IMG/VR virus record: IMGVR_UViG_3300005286_000036
Location: 1-48,823 of that record
DNA length: 48,823 bases
Direction: 5' to 3' (one strand)
From: a virus
Lineage: Duplodnaviria; Caudoviricetes
In this document: positions 17,814 through 26,530 of the stretch, in pieces
Layout of the letters: every line of letters begins with the position of its first letter
How positions within the stretch are numbered: the first letter of the stretch is position 1
Program-made: the position numbers and the translations under genes
The notes under the pieces: generated by a model
Seen by the model: only the letters and a program-made list of their open reading frames with translations
Told to the model about the DNA's origin: nothing
Database searches by the model: none

Positions 17814-18159
17814 CCGCCATTCCGATCGCGTTTGTGCCTGCTGTGCTCGGCCCGCCATCGGCATCGGTGTCGCCCCGTCAAATGCCAAGTCGCTCAGCCA
17901 GGTGCTCTGGCTTTGCGAGGACCCCGAATGCATCGCCATAGGACAACGCACCATGGGCATGAAACAGCTGGAATTCAGCCGCCTCGATACCTTGGCCGCC
18001 CAGGAAGCCGGGGCCGAGCTTGAGCAATATTGCCAGAGCATCGGCAAGTCGGACCTGCGTGAGCTCACTCAGGCTGAATGGGACGCCGCGCTGCGGACCA
18101 CTATCGGCGCATATCGCGACGCCTTGCAGAACAAGCTCAGGAATGAAGCACCGTTCTGA
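17803..18159 (+). CDS. DUF6511-like protein
   Basis: CACC..C..C, AGAELEQY..SIGKSDLRELT..EW, ends APF; typical position before the primase. Confidence 0.7.
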   Translation: MTFDRHSDRVCACCARPAIGIGVAPSNAKSLSQVLWLCEDPECIAIGQRTMGMKQLEFSRLDTLAAQEAGAELEQYCQSIGKSDLRELTQAEWDAALRTTIGAYRDALQNKLRNEAPF

Positions 18160-20468
18160 TGACCGACACGACAACCACGATAAATCGGCAGGTCGCCCTC
18201 GATCTGGCTGCGGCTGGCTTCTCGGTTTTCCCCTGCCATCCGGGGGGCGCCGACGTGAAGAAGCCGATGCCCGGCGTCTATTGGCGCAGCGCGTCGACCA
18301 GCGATCGGATCAAGGTCGAGGGGTGGTGGAAGCGCTGGCCGGACGCTGCCGTGGGTCTCGATTTAGCCAAGTCGGGGTTGATCGTCATCGATGCCGACCG
18401 GCATGGCGCTGACGATGGCGTCGAGGCCGTCGCGCATCTGATGCATGAGAACGGTTTCGACCCGAACCCGGTGCCCACCGTCGCCACGCCAAATCAAGGC
18501 ACGCATTTTATCTTCAGGCAGCCCAAGGGCATGTCGCTGGGCAACGGACGCGGCTCTTTGCCTGCCGGCATCGATGTACGCGGGGCAGGCGGTTATGTCA
18601 TCGCGCCGGGGTCGCACCTGGCCGACGGCCGCCTGTATGAGCTGTTTGGCACGCTGGCCGAGGCGCCAGTGCTGCCCGATTGGTTGGTCCAGGTCATCAC
18701 CGGGCCTAGGTCCCTGCCAGTCGAACGGCGCGCCGTCACGCCCTCGGCAAGGCCAAGTGACGAACGCATTGCTGCCTATCTCGACAAGGCCTTGGAGCAG
18801 GAACTTGATGCGGTGCGTTATGCGCCGCGTGGCCAGCGGAACCACCAGCTCAACACCTCGTCCTTCAGCCTGGGCCAGATGGTTGCGGCCGGATGGATCG
18901 GTGAGCAGGAGGTTACCGATCTGCTGACCAACGCCGCGGCCGAGCTCGCGGCCGACGATGGCCCGGCATCGGTCGCCAAGACGATACGCTCCGGCCTTCG
19001 CTCCGGTATGCGCCAGCCGCGAGAGCTGCCGGATAGCGGCTATGAGGTGACGCCCGTCGACTACGAGGCCAGCGAGCGCCTCCGAGCTAGTTTCGAGGCG
19101 AAGGGCAGAGCACAGATTGTGCCGCCCGGCTTCGATCCAGAGACTGGCGAGGAATTGGGGGTCGTTATTACCGACCCCCTCACCGCCCCCACCCATTCCC
19201 ATGCACTCGACTTACCGGACAGCGACCTGCACCCGCCCGGCCTGGTCGGCGAGGTGGCGGACTGGATCTGCAACTGGACCGCCGAGCCGATCCGCATTCA
19301 TGCCGTCGGCGCCGCGCTCGTTATCGTCGGCACACTGCTGGGCCGCAAGGTCTATAGCAGGACTCGACCGACCAGTACCGCGCTCTATATCGGCGCAATC
19401 GCTCCTTCCGGCATGGGCAAGCAGCACCCACAGGACGCCATCCGCCTTGCCCTGACCGAGGTGACGGGCGGCGCGCAGCAATATTCCGGCTGGGCGGTCT
19501 CGCTGCCCAAGATGGTGGTGGACCTACAGACGAACGCCGCCAAGGTGATGATCGCCGACGAGTTTGCCGACAAGCTCATTGGCATCCGGTCCAAGAACGC
19601 ATCGACCAGTCAGATGGCGATCAGCGAGGGCCTGCGCAGTCTCTGGGGCACCAACACCGGAACCTACTCGCCCGACGTGTCCCTCAGCCGCGGCGACGGC
19701 AATATCATGCGGCCGTGTCTCTCGTTCTATGGCGCCTCGACGATCAAGGACTTTGCCCGCTCCTTGGTGAGCAAGGACATCACCAATGGCCTGTTCAACC
19801 GCTTCCTGATCCTGCCGCGCTTCGGCGATATTCAGGCGGGCCCGGAGCGGGAAGGGGTGATGACCCTGCCGCCGGCGCTTAAGGATCGGCTGTGCTGGCT
19901 CGCCCAATGCCTGCCGCAGATGCAGTTGACCTTGGCGGCCCGAGGCGACGGGTACCCCCAGCCGATCCTTGTGCCGATGTCGGCAGAGGCGGAAGCCATC
20001 AACGAGGCGAACAAGGCGTTCCAGGCCGACCAGATGCGCCAGAGCGAGCAGGACGACGCCCTGATGCTATGGGGCCGGTTTGCTGAGCAGGTGAAACGGG
20101 TGTCAATGATCGTCGCCTGCGGACGCTACCCGGAGGACGTGTCGCGCGCCCAGATCGAGGCCGAGGACATGGCCTGGGCCACGACGCTCGTGCGCTACTC
20201 CATCGATCAGTTCATCGGCATCGTGCGGCGCGACATGGTGGAGTCTTGGGTTCAGGCTCAGCACAAGCTGGTGCTGGGGATCGTGCGGGCGGCCGGGGAA
20301 ATCTCGAAGTCCGAGCTGATCAACCGCGTCGACGGTCGCATCCAGCGGAAGCCTCGTGACGAGATTATCTGCTCGTTAGTAGAAGGGGGTAACGTCGAGG
20401 CCATTCGGATTGATCCTGGTCCACGAGGGGGGAGGCCGAAAGAGGTCTACCGCTGGATCAGGGACTGA
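18159..20468 (+). CDS. Bifunctional primase/polymerase fused to DUF3987-type helicase
   Basis: VFPC, VIDAD, TPNQGTH, DVRGAGGYVIAPGS; Walker A APSGMGK, Walker B IADE; GGRPKEVY winged-helix end. Confidence 0.9.
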   Translation: MTDTTTTINRQVALDLAAAGFSVFPCHPGGADVKKPMPGVYWRSASTSDRIKVEGWWKRWPDAAVGLDLAKSGLIVIDADRHGADDGVEAVAHLMHENGFDPNPVPTVATPNQGTHFIFRQPKGMSLGNGRGSLPAGIDVRGAGGYVIAPGSHLADGRLYELFGTLAEAPVLPDWLVQVITGPRSLPVERRAVTPSARPSDERIAAYLDKALEQELDAVRYAPRGQRNHQLNTSSFSLGQMVAAGWIGEQEVTDLLTNAAAELAADDGPASVAKTIRSGLRSGMRQPRELPDSGYEVTPVDYEASERLRASFEAKGRAQIVPPGFDPETGEELGVVITDPLTAPTHSHALDLPDSDLHPPGLVGEVADWICNWTAEPIRIHAVGAALVIVGTLLGRKVYSRTRPTSTALYIGAIAPSGMGKQHPQDAIRLALTEVTGGAQQYSGWAVSLPKMVVDLQTNAAKVMIADEFADKLIGIRSKNASTSQMAISEGLRSLWGTNTGTYSPDVSLSRGDGNIMRPCLSFYGASTIKDFARSLVSKDITNGLFNRFLILPRFGDIQAGPEREGVMTLPPALKDRLCWLAQCLPQMQLTLAARGDGYPQPILVPMSAEAEAINEANKAFQADQMRQSEQDDALMLWGRFAEQVKRVSMIVACGRYPEDVSRAQIEAEDMAWATTLVRYSIDQFIGIVRRDMVESWVQAQHKLVLGIVRAAGEISKSELINRVDGRIQRKPRDEIICSLVEGGNVEAIRIDPGPRGGRPKEVYRWIRD

Positions 20469-20472
20469 TCCG

Positions 20473-21261
20473 CTATTCCAGATCTAGGTCTTTGATACGT
20501 GGAGCTTGTGGATGGCCATTGGTCTTCATTTTGGCCGGTTTGCCGAAACCGAACCAAGTTCTACGCCGCAGGGACCTGTTGACATCCCAAATTTCAGCTA
20601 ACTGCTGGAATTCAGTGTAGGCCTTGGGCTCGCCCTTCCGATATGCGGCGACCAGTGGACGCAGAGTAATCCAATCATCAATGGTTGACCCCCGCATCCA
20701 TGTGAAAAGGTAAGCCTCGTCCAGAATGTGGTTTTTGATGCCCAATGCCATATTCTCATATTCATTCATAATGGCGTTTAGGCTTACGGCGTCTCTTACA
20801 ACTTCAGGCTCTGCATTGTTTGGAATTTTGCGAAACTGCTCAATGCGAACACTACCTGCATCGATGCCATTTCGAATTACGCGGAAAGCCCTTTTAGCTT
20901 CGATGAAGTCCTTATCCCAGATACCACTACGAATGGTTTTGAACGTCTCTTGCATCCGCGTCATTTGACGCTGACTTAGTACGCCAATAGTTGCCGCAGT
21001 GGCCGCCACCAAAACGGAGAGAAGAAGTACTGCTGGGGAGTTCCCCATGAGGTACGTCCATATTCCTTCTAACACTTCCCAAAGGGACGTAATCGGCGTC
21101 AGTGCTGAAGCAGGAATGGAAAACGAAAAGCCCGACTCTGCAGCCGGGCTCTGGGTATCGGTAGTCTGTCCCAAGACACTTGAGGCAGGCAAGAAAACGA
21201 CAATTGCACCCTTAAGGGCGACCGATTTCCATCGACATTGGAGTGCTCCTAGCTGGCTCAA
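20473..21261 (-). CDS. DUF4760-like membrane-anchored accessory protein
   Basis: TM segment then NEYENMALGIKNHILDE...AYTEFQQLA; AT-richer, antisense insertion; start uncertain. Confidence 0.75.
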   Translation of the reverse strand: MSQLGALQCRWKSVALKGAIVVFLPASSVLGQTTDTQSPAAESGFSFSIPASALTPITSLWEVLEGIWTYLMGNSPAVLLLSVLVAATAATIGVLSQRQMTRMQETFKTIRSGIWDKDFIEAKRAFRVIRNGIDAGSVRIEQFRKIPNNAEPEVVRDAVSLNAIMNEYENMALGIKNHILDEAYLFTWMRGSTIDDWITLRPLVAAYRKGEPKAYTEFQQLAEIWDVNRSLRRRTWFGFGKPAKMKTNGHPQAPRIKDLDLE

Positions 21262-21468
21262 GGAAGTCTAGTTCCAAAACGTTTGTAGACAGTTAAGGAT
21301 TTCCTAGGCGGTGTTACCTCATCTGTCACCTAGATTGGTAGGGGGATTCAACGGGGTCGTCAATCCTGCCCCAACAACACTGGAACACCCATCACATACG
21401 GTAGTACCTTGGCGGTTTCAAGACGCATCACCGATTAGGTTATTCCGGGGCTCTTGTCGTGACTAACC

Positions 21469-21689
21469 GGTTTTTCAGGGTTTCGGTCACCTAAGAGAAC
21501 CCTGTTATTCAGGGTTGTTCCCGAGTTTCTCAGGTATCAAAAACCTGAAAAACCTCCGCCATTTTATATATTAAAATCAATATGTTATGTAGTCTCATAT
21601 AGTTTTTCAGGTTTTTCAGGTAAGGATGATCTCATTTCCCGTATTTGGTTTGTTCTGTGATAAGCGAACCCTGAAAAACCTGAAAAACT
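21469..21689. repeat. Putative replication origin with iterons
   Basis: Several CCTGAAAAAC copies in both orientations, perfect 20-bp inverted repeat 21601-21620 / 21670-21689, AT-rich core about 21560-21600. Confidence 0.7.
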
Positions 21690-21797
21690 GATTTCCGGTT
21701 AATCCTCGCGCCCACACCTTGCCCCTTCTCCCCGCAATCGGCACATTGACCCAGCCCTGACCGAAACCCGTCCGGCTCCATTGCCCTGGAGCCGCAC

Positions 21798-22376
21798 TTG
21801 TCAAAACCTGTTCTCCGTAGCCACAGCCGCTGGTTCGTCGTCCGCACCAATCCCAATTGCGAGGATCGGGCCGCCAGGTCGTTGAGTCGTGCCGGATATG
21901 GCGCCTATGTCCCGACATGGAAGCGGGAGGTCCAGCATAGGCGCTCCAAGAAGTGGGTCGAGTATAGCCGGCCGCTGATGACAGGATACCTGTTCGTTGA
22001 AATGCCCTATGGGACGCCCGACTGGTTCACGCTGCGGGCCTGCAACGGCGTGAAGGGTGTCTTGGGCGTAACCGATGCCCGGGGCGACACCAAGCCGTTT
22101 CCCGTGCCATCCCGGCTAGTCGAGCGCGTAATGTCTGCGCAGCTGAACATGATGTTCGATGATACCCGCGAGGCGAAGGCCAGGAGGGGAGAGCAGGCAG
22201 TTTCGCTCTACATGGCAGGCACAAAAGTCATGGTGACCAAGGGGCCGTTCGCGACCTTTCCGGCAACGGTGGACGAGGTTCGCCAGAACGGCGTGGTGGC
22301 GTCGCTGATCGAGATATTCGGGCGCATGACGCTGGTGGAACTGGCGCCGGATCAGATCGAATTGGCGGCGGCATGA
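21798..22376 (+). CDS. NusG/RfaH-family antiterminator
   Basis: WFVVRTNP..E, PLMTGYLFV, KOW motif VTKGPF, IEIFGR. Confidence 0.9.
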   Translation: MSKPVLRSHSRWFVVRTNPNCEDRAARSLSRAGYGAYVPTWKREVQHRRSKKWVEYSRPLMTGYLFVEMPYGTPDWFTLRACNGVKGVLGVTDARGDTKPFPVPSRLVERVMSAQLNMMFDDTREAKARRGEQAVSLYMAGTKVMVTKGPFATFPATVDEVRQNGVVASLIEIFGRMTLVELAPDQIELAAA

Positions 22377-22768
22377 TGGCGCTGGAAACAGAGGCGCAAT
22401 TGCGCGATCGCATCGAGTATCTTGAGGCCGAAATCGCTAACCTGCGCGACGAGTTGGGTTTTGCCCGCTCCGCCGAGCAAGTCACCGCGGTTAGGCGCTG
22501 CTTTCGGATATCTCCGATGCAGGCGAAGCTCCTAGTCGCCCTGATGGATGGCCGGCAGCGGTCCTATGATGCACTTCGTCAGGCGCTTTGGGACAGCGTT
22601 GACGATTGCCCGGAAACCAATTCCCTGCAAGTCCAGATCGCCCATCTTCGCAAAGCGCTGGCCCATTTCGATATCGGGTTCTCGACCATCTGGGGCTATG
22701 GACTGCAGATGAACGCGGAAGACTGCGCCAAGGCATCGGCCATTCTCGAAAAACATGGAGGCCCTTGA
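22373..22768 (+). CDS. Winged-helix (OmpR C-terminal-like) DNA-binding protein
   Basis: Coiled coil then NSLQVQIAHLRKAL...TIWGYG. Confidence 0.85.
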   Translation: MMALETEAQLRDRIEYLEAEIANLRDELGFARSAEQVTAVRRCFRISPMQAKLLVALMDGRQRSYDALRQALWDSVDDCPETNSLQVQIAHLRKALAHFDIGFSTIWGYGLQMNAEDCAKASAILEKHGGP

Positions 22769-22836
22769 TCTTTGTCCCCGCATTTCCACAATAGCAGATG
22801 TGCTGACTGGCGGGGTCCATGCGATCTCCGGCCGGG

Positions 22837-22876
22837 CACGGGGTAGGGCAGACGCCCTGCGACCCCGTGTTTTTTT
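22837..22876 (+). terminator. Intrinsic terminator in the late leader
   Basis: CACGGGGT-AGGGC-AGAC-GCCCT-GCG-ACCCCGTG followed by T7. Confidence 0.7.
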
Positions 22877-22920
22877 GCTCGTCCATAATTCCAATCGACT
22901 CATGCTATCGGGCAATCATC

Positions 22921-23124
22921 ATGCCCACTGAATACGTTCCATCCGGCCCGCCCCTCATCCGCGATAATCGACCAGTCGAGCCGATGGCGCCGATCTATAC
23001 CTGCGAAGGCTGTGGCTTTGTTGGCGCACCCTTCGGCATCCACCAAGGTGACCACGTGCTGTCGTATTGCGGGTATCGGGACGGCCAGCCGACCTGCGTA
23101 GGGAAGGGGCGGAAGCCATTTTAG
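22921..23124 (+). CDS. Small Zn-binding hypothetical protein
   Basis: CEGCG..APFG..YC pattern. Confidence 0.5.
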   Translation: MPTEYVPSGPPLIRDNRPVEPMAPIYTCEGCGFVGAPFGIHQGDHVLSYCGYRDGQPTCVGKGRKPF

Positions 23125-23133
23125 GGGACTTCG

Positions 23134-23616
23134 TCAGGCTGACCAAAAATCGTCGAGCCTTAAGGCTTTTGCCTGCATTTGTCGGTTTATCCATGCCTGA
23201 AGGTCCAAGTAGACTGCTGCTAACATGAGGCGTAGCCGGTTCATTGGGTCATTAAGTTCTTCCGGGGCAACCGAGTCGGCCATCCCTTGGAAAGTTTCCT
23301 TCTCACTGGACGACATCGTCTTGTAAAAATTCTTGATGTCATCCTCGGAGAGTGCAGCCCCAATTCGGTGTGCGAACTTGTTCCGAATGTTCGCGAGCGC
23401 GCTGACGCCAGGGCCAAACTCTTTAGCCAGGCCCATCGCGCGTGCGAGAGCTAGTTTGTCCTTGAAGTCCATTCGGGGCAACTCGCCAGGCATCGGGACA
23501 ACGTCCTCAATAAACCTGTTCAATTCTGCTTCGACGCGGATGGCGGCGCGGATCACAACACCCAATGCATCCTCGCTAAACAATTCTGTAATGAAGTCCT
23601 CTCCAGCATCGGACAT
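23134..23616 (-). CDS. HEPN/MtlR-like accessory protein
   Basis: VIRA..VE..L, FKDKLALA, IRNKFAH (R-x4-H); antisense insertion. Confidence 0.75.
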   Translation of the reverse strand: MSDAGEDFITELFSEDALGVVIRAAIRVEAELNRFIEDVVPMPGELPRMDFKDKLALARAMGLAKEFGPGVSALANIRNKFAHRIGAALSEDDIKNFYKTMSSSEKETFQGMADSVAPEELNDPMNRLRLMLAAVYLDLQAWINRQMQAKALRLDDFWSA

Positions 23617-23705
23617 TAGTGACCTAACCTCCCCAATAAGCTCTTGGGAGCTTGGCTCAGGTGAAATCGTCCGGCAAGGCGGCCTAGCTTACGAGGCGTC
23701 CTCCC

Positions 23706-24317
23706 ATGCGACCGGTTCCGCCTCCTGATATCCTTGAGGACCCGTTGCCGCGCTTCACTCCCGCACCGGCAATCATCGACTGGGCCAGGGCATCATTCAT
23801 CGATGACGATGCCGAACTTCTGAACGAAGACCATCAGCACTTGCGCTTTGCCCTGATCGGCGCGCTGTGGACCAATGTTGCGAACGGTCGCAACGGTCGG
23901 CGCGTTCTTGGCCAATGCGAAATGGGATTGCCGCCTGCCGGCAAGTGGCAGCGCGCCAGGGTAGAGGCTCAGATGCTAAGCTGGTTCGGCGTCGTGCCGA
24001 CATTCCTGCTGACCTTCGATGCAGCCTATTGCCTTGAGTGCAGTGATGCCGAGTTCATGGCTTTGGTTGAGCACGAGCTCTACCACTGCGGCCAGGCCAT
24101 CGACGAATGGGGACAGCCTCGTTTCAACAAGCGCACCGGCGAGCCAGTTTGGGCGCTGCGCGGCCATGACGTCGAGGAGTTCGTTGGCGTCGTGCGCCGC
24201 TATGGCGCCGAGGCTACCGGCGTGTCCGACATGATCGAGGCTGCGAACGCCGGCGCCGAGATCGCACCAGTCAAGATCGCCCAATGCTGTGGGACATGCA
24301 TGCTGCGGGCGGCTTAG
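23706..24317 (+). CDS. Putative phage metallopeptidase
   Basis: HELYH and HDVEEF motifs; typical position before terS. Confidence 0.85.
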   Translation: MRPVPPPDILEDPLPRFTPAPAIIDWARASFIDDDAELLNEDHQHLRFALIGALWTNVANGRNGRRVLGQCEMGLPPAGKWQRARVEAQMLSWFGVVPTFLLTFDAAYCLECSDAEFMALVEHELYHCGQAIDEWGQPRFNKRTGEPVWALRGHDVEEFVGVVRRYGAEATGVSDMIEAANAGAEIAPVKIAQCCGTCMLRAA

Positions 24318-24628
24318 TAGACACACATCTGGTAGCCGCTGGACTGCCCAGCGTCACTGGCCTTAAGCCAATAGAACACCCGATACTCTCCAAGCGTCTC
24401 CATTTGGCAAAGCGCTACGACTTGCCCGGGTCCGTCCGGTGGCTGCTCAGCGCAAGATGCGCGCCAAGTTACCAGTTGCTCTTCTGTGCCGGGGATAACA
24501 TCGGGAAATCCAGCATAGGCAACTTGAAGCTGCTTCGCCAAAGATCTGCACTCGCTGCCTTGGGCCTGCGCCGTGCTGGTCAATACCGTTGTCAGCACGA
24601 TCAGCGTCAGCAGCCGTATCATAGTCAT
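24314..24628 (-). CDS. Small secreted protein
   Basis: Signal peptide ending AQA; four Cys in the mature part; antisense. Confidence 0.65.
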   Translation of the reverse strand: MTMIRLLTLIVLTTVLTSTAQAQGSECRSLAKQLQVAYAGFPDVIPGTEEQLVTWRASCAEQPPDGPGQVVALCQMETLGEYRVFYWLKASDAGQSSGYQMCVY

Positions 24629-24666
24629 GTTTTAATGCCCTCCACTTTAGCGAGCCTGCCATTGCC

Positions 24667-25131
24667 ATGCCAAAAAGCAAGCTTCGCGATGAGGTAAAGA
24701 CCTTCATCGTTCAGTCGCTCGCGTGCTTCGATACGCCGGCAGTGGTCGCGGAGGCGGTGAAGAGGGAATTCGGCGAGACAATCACCCGCCAGACGGTCGA
24801 ATGTTACGACCCGAACAAGCGGGCAGGGCGCGCGCTCTCCGCGAAGTGGCGCCTGTTGTTCGATGAGACCCGCAAGGCGTTCCTCGATGACACCAGCAAG
24901 ATCGGCATCAGCCATCGCAGCGTCCGGCTCCGGGCGCTTGATCGGATGGCCGGTCGCGCCGAGGAGCGCGGCAACATGGTCCTGGCCAAGGACCTGCTGA
25001 AACAGGCGGCAGAGGAAATGGGCAATGCCTTTACCAATCGCCGCGAACTCACCGGGAAGGACGGGAAGGATTTGCCGGCGCCAGTCGCGCCGGTGACGAT
25101 CTTCCAGTTACCCGACAATGGGAGAGATTGA
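24667..25131 (+). CDS. terS: Terminase small subunit (DUF2280-like)
   Basis: FIVQSLACFDTP..V..AVKREFG, YDP, ELTGKDG; upstream of terL. Confidence 0.88.
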   Translation: MPKSKLRDEVKTFIVQSLACFDTPAVVAEAVKREFGETITRQTVECYDPNKRAGRALSAKWRLLFDETRKAFLDDTSKIGISHRSVRLRALDRMAGRAEERGNMVLAKDLLKQAAEEMGNAFTNRRELTGKDGKDLPAPVAPVTIFQLPDNGRD

Positions 25132-26530
25132 GCCGGGGCAGGGCGCCCAGACCATTATTCGCCCCCAGTCGGGCCCGCAATCGCAATTCCTTGCCTCACC
25201 GGCGGATATCGCGATCTATGGCGGCTCGGCTGGGGGAGGCAAGACGTGGGCGCTGCTCATGGAGCCGCTGCGCCACGCTGCCAATCCGCAGTTCGGTGCC
25301 GTCTTCTTCCGGCGCAACCTGGTGCAGGTCAGGAACGAGGGTGGCCTTTGGGACGAGAGCGAAAAGCTCTATCCGCACCTCAATGCCTCGCCGCGCAGCG
25401 CGCCTGATCTGAGCTGGACCTTTCCAGCCGGCGCCACTGTGTCGTTCGGCCATCTCGAGCACGAAAAGACGGTGCTCAACTGGCAGGGCGCGCAGATCCC
25501 GCTCATCTGCTTCGATGAGCTGACGCACTTCACGGCCAAGCAGTTCTGGTATCTGCTCAGCCGCAATCGCTCGATGTGTGGCGTTCGGCCATATGTCAGG
25601 GCAACCTGTAATCCGGATGCAGATAGCTGGGTCGCCGAATTCATCTCCTGGTGGATCGATCCGGACACGGGCCTGCCGATCCCCGAGCGCGCCGGCGTGC
25701 TTCGCTGGTTCGTTCGCATCGGCGACACGATCATTTGGGCGGACAGCCCAGCCGAACTGGCTGGCTATACGGCGCCCGACGAAAACGGCGATGAAAAGCC
25801 GATCCCGCCGAAGTCAGTGACCTTCATTCCGGCCAAGCTCAGCGACAACAAGGCGCTGATGGCGGCCGATCCTGGCTATCTCGCTAACCTGATGGCCTTG
25901 CCCACGGTTGAGCGGGAGCGCTTGCTCGGTGGCAACTGGAAGATCAGGCCGGCTGCCGGGCTACTGTTTCAGCGAGGCTGGTGTCAGGTTGTCGACGCGG
26001 TTCCGGCAGGCGTCCGTTGGATGCGGGGCTGGGACCTGGCGGCGACGCCGAAGGTTGAGGGCAACGACCCGGACGGCACGGCGGGCACGAAAATAGGCAG
26101 GCTGCCGGACGGTCGATACATCGTCGGCCACCACGTGAAGGATTACCTTTCGCCCAATGGCGTTGAGACCCTGATCAGGAACACGGCGGAACAGGACGGC
26201 GATGAGACGGAAATCTCGTTGCCGCAGGACCCTGGACAGGCCGGCAAGTCGCAGGTTGCCAATCTGATCAAGCTATTGGCCGGCTTTACGGCACGCGCGA
26301 CGCCGGAGAGCGGCGACAAGGTAACGCGGTTCTCGCCGTTTTCCGCGCAGGCTGAGGCTGGCAACGTCCTCGTGCTTCGCGGACCGTGGAATGATGGCTG
26401 GTTCACGGCGTTGGAGGGGTTTCCTGATGCGACCCACGACGATGACGCAGACAGTACTAGCCGCGCGTTCAATGCCCTGATCGAACCGAAAGCCGGACCT
26501 GCAGTCGTGGTTGAGACAGGATTCTACTGA
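25118..26530 (+). CDS. terL: Terminase large subunit
   Basis: YGGSAGGGKT, FDELT, ATCNP, GWDLA, HDDDADS. Confidence 0.95.
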   Translation: MGEIEPGQGAQTIIRPQSGPQSQFLASPADIAIYGGSAGGGKTWALLMEPLRHAANPQFGAVFFRRNLVQVRNEGGLWDESEKLYPHLNASPRSAPDLSWTFPAGATVSFGHLEHEKTVLNWQGAQIPLICFDELTHFTAKQFWYLLSRNRSMCGVRPYVRATCNPDADSWVAEFISWWIDPDTGLPIPERAGVLRWFVRIGDTIIWADSPAELAGYTAPDENGDEKPIPPKSVTFIPAKLSDNKALMAADPGYLANLMALPTVERERLLGGNWKIRPAAGLLFQRGWCQVVDAVPAGVRWMRGWDLAATPKVEGNDPDGTAGTKIGRLPDGRYIVGHHVKDYLSPNGVETLIRNTAEQDGDETEISLPQDPGQAGKSQVANLIKLLAGFTARATPESGDKVTRFSPFSAQAEAGNVLVLRGPWNDGWFTALEGFPDATHDDDADSTSRAFNALIEPKAGPAVVVETGFY

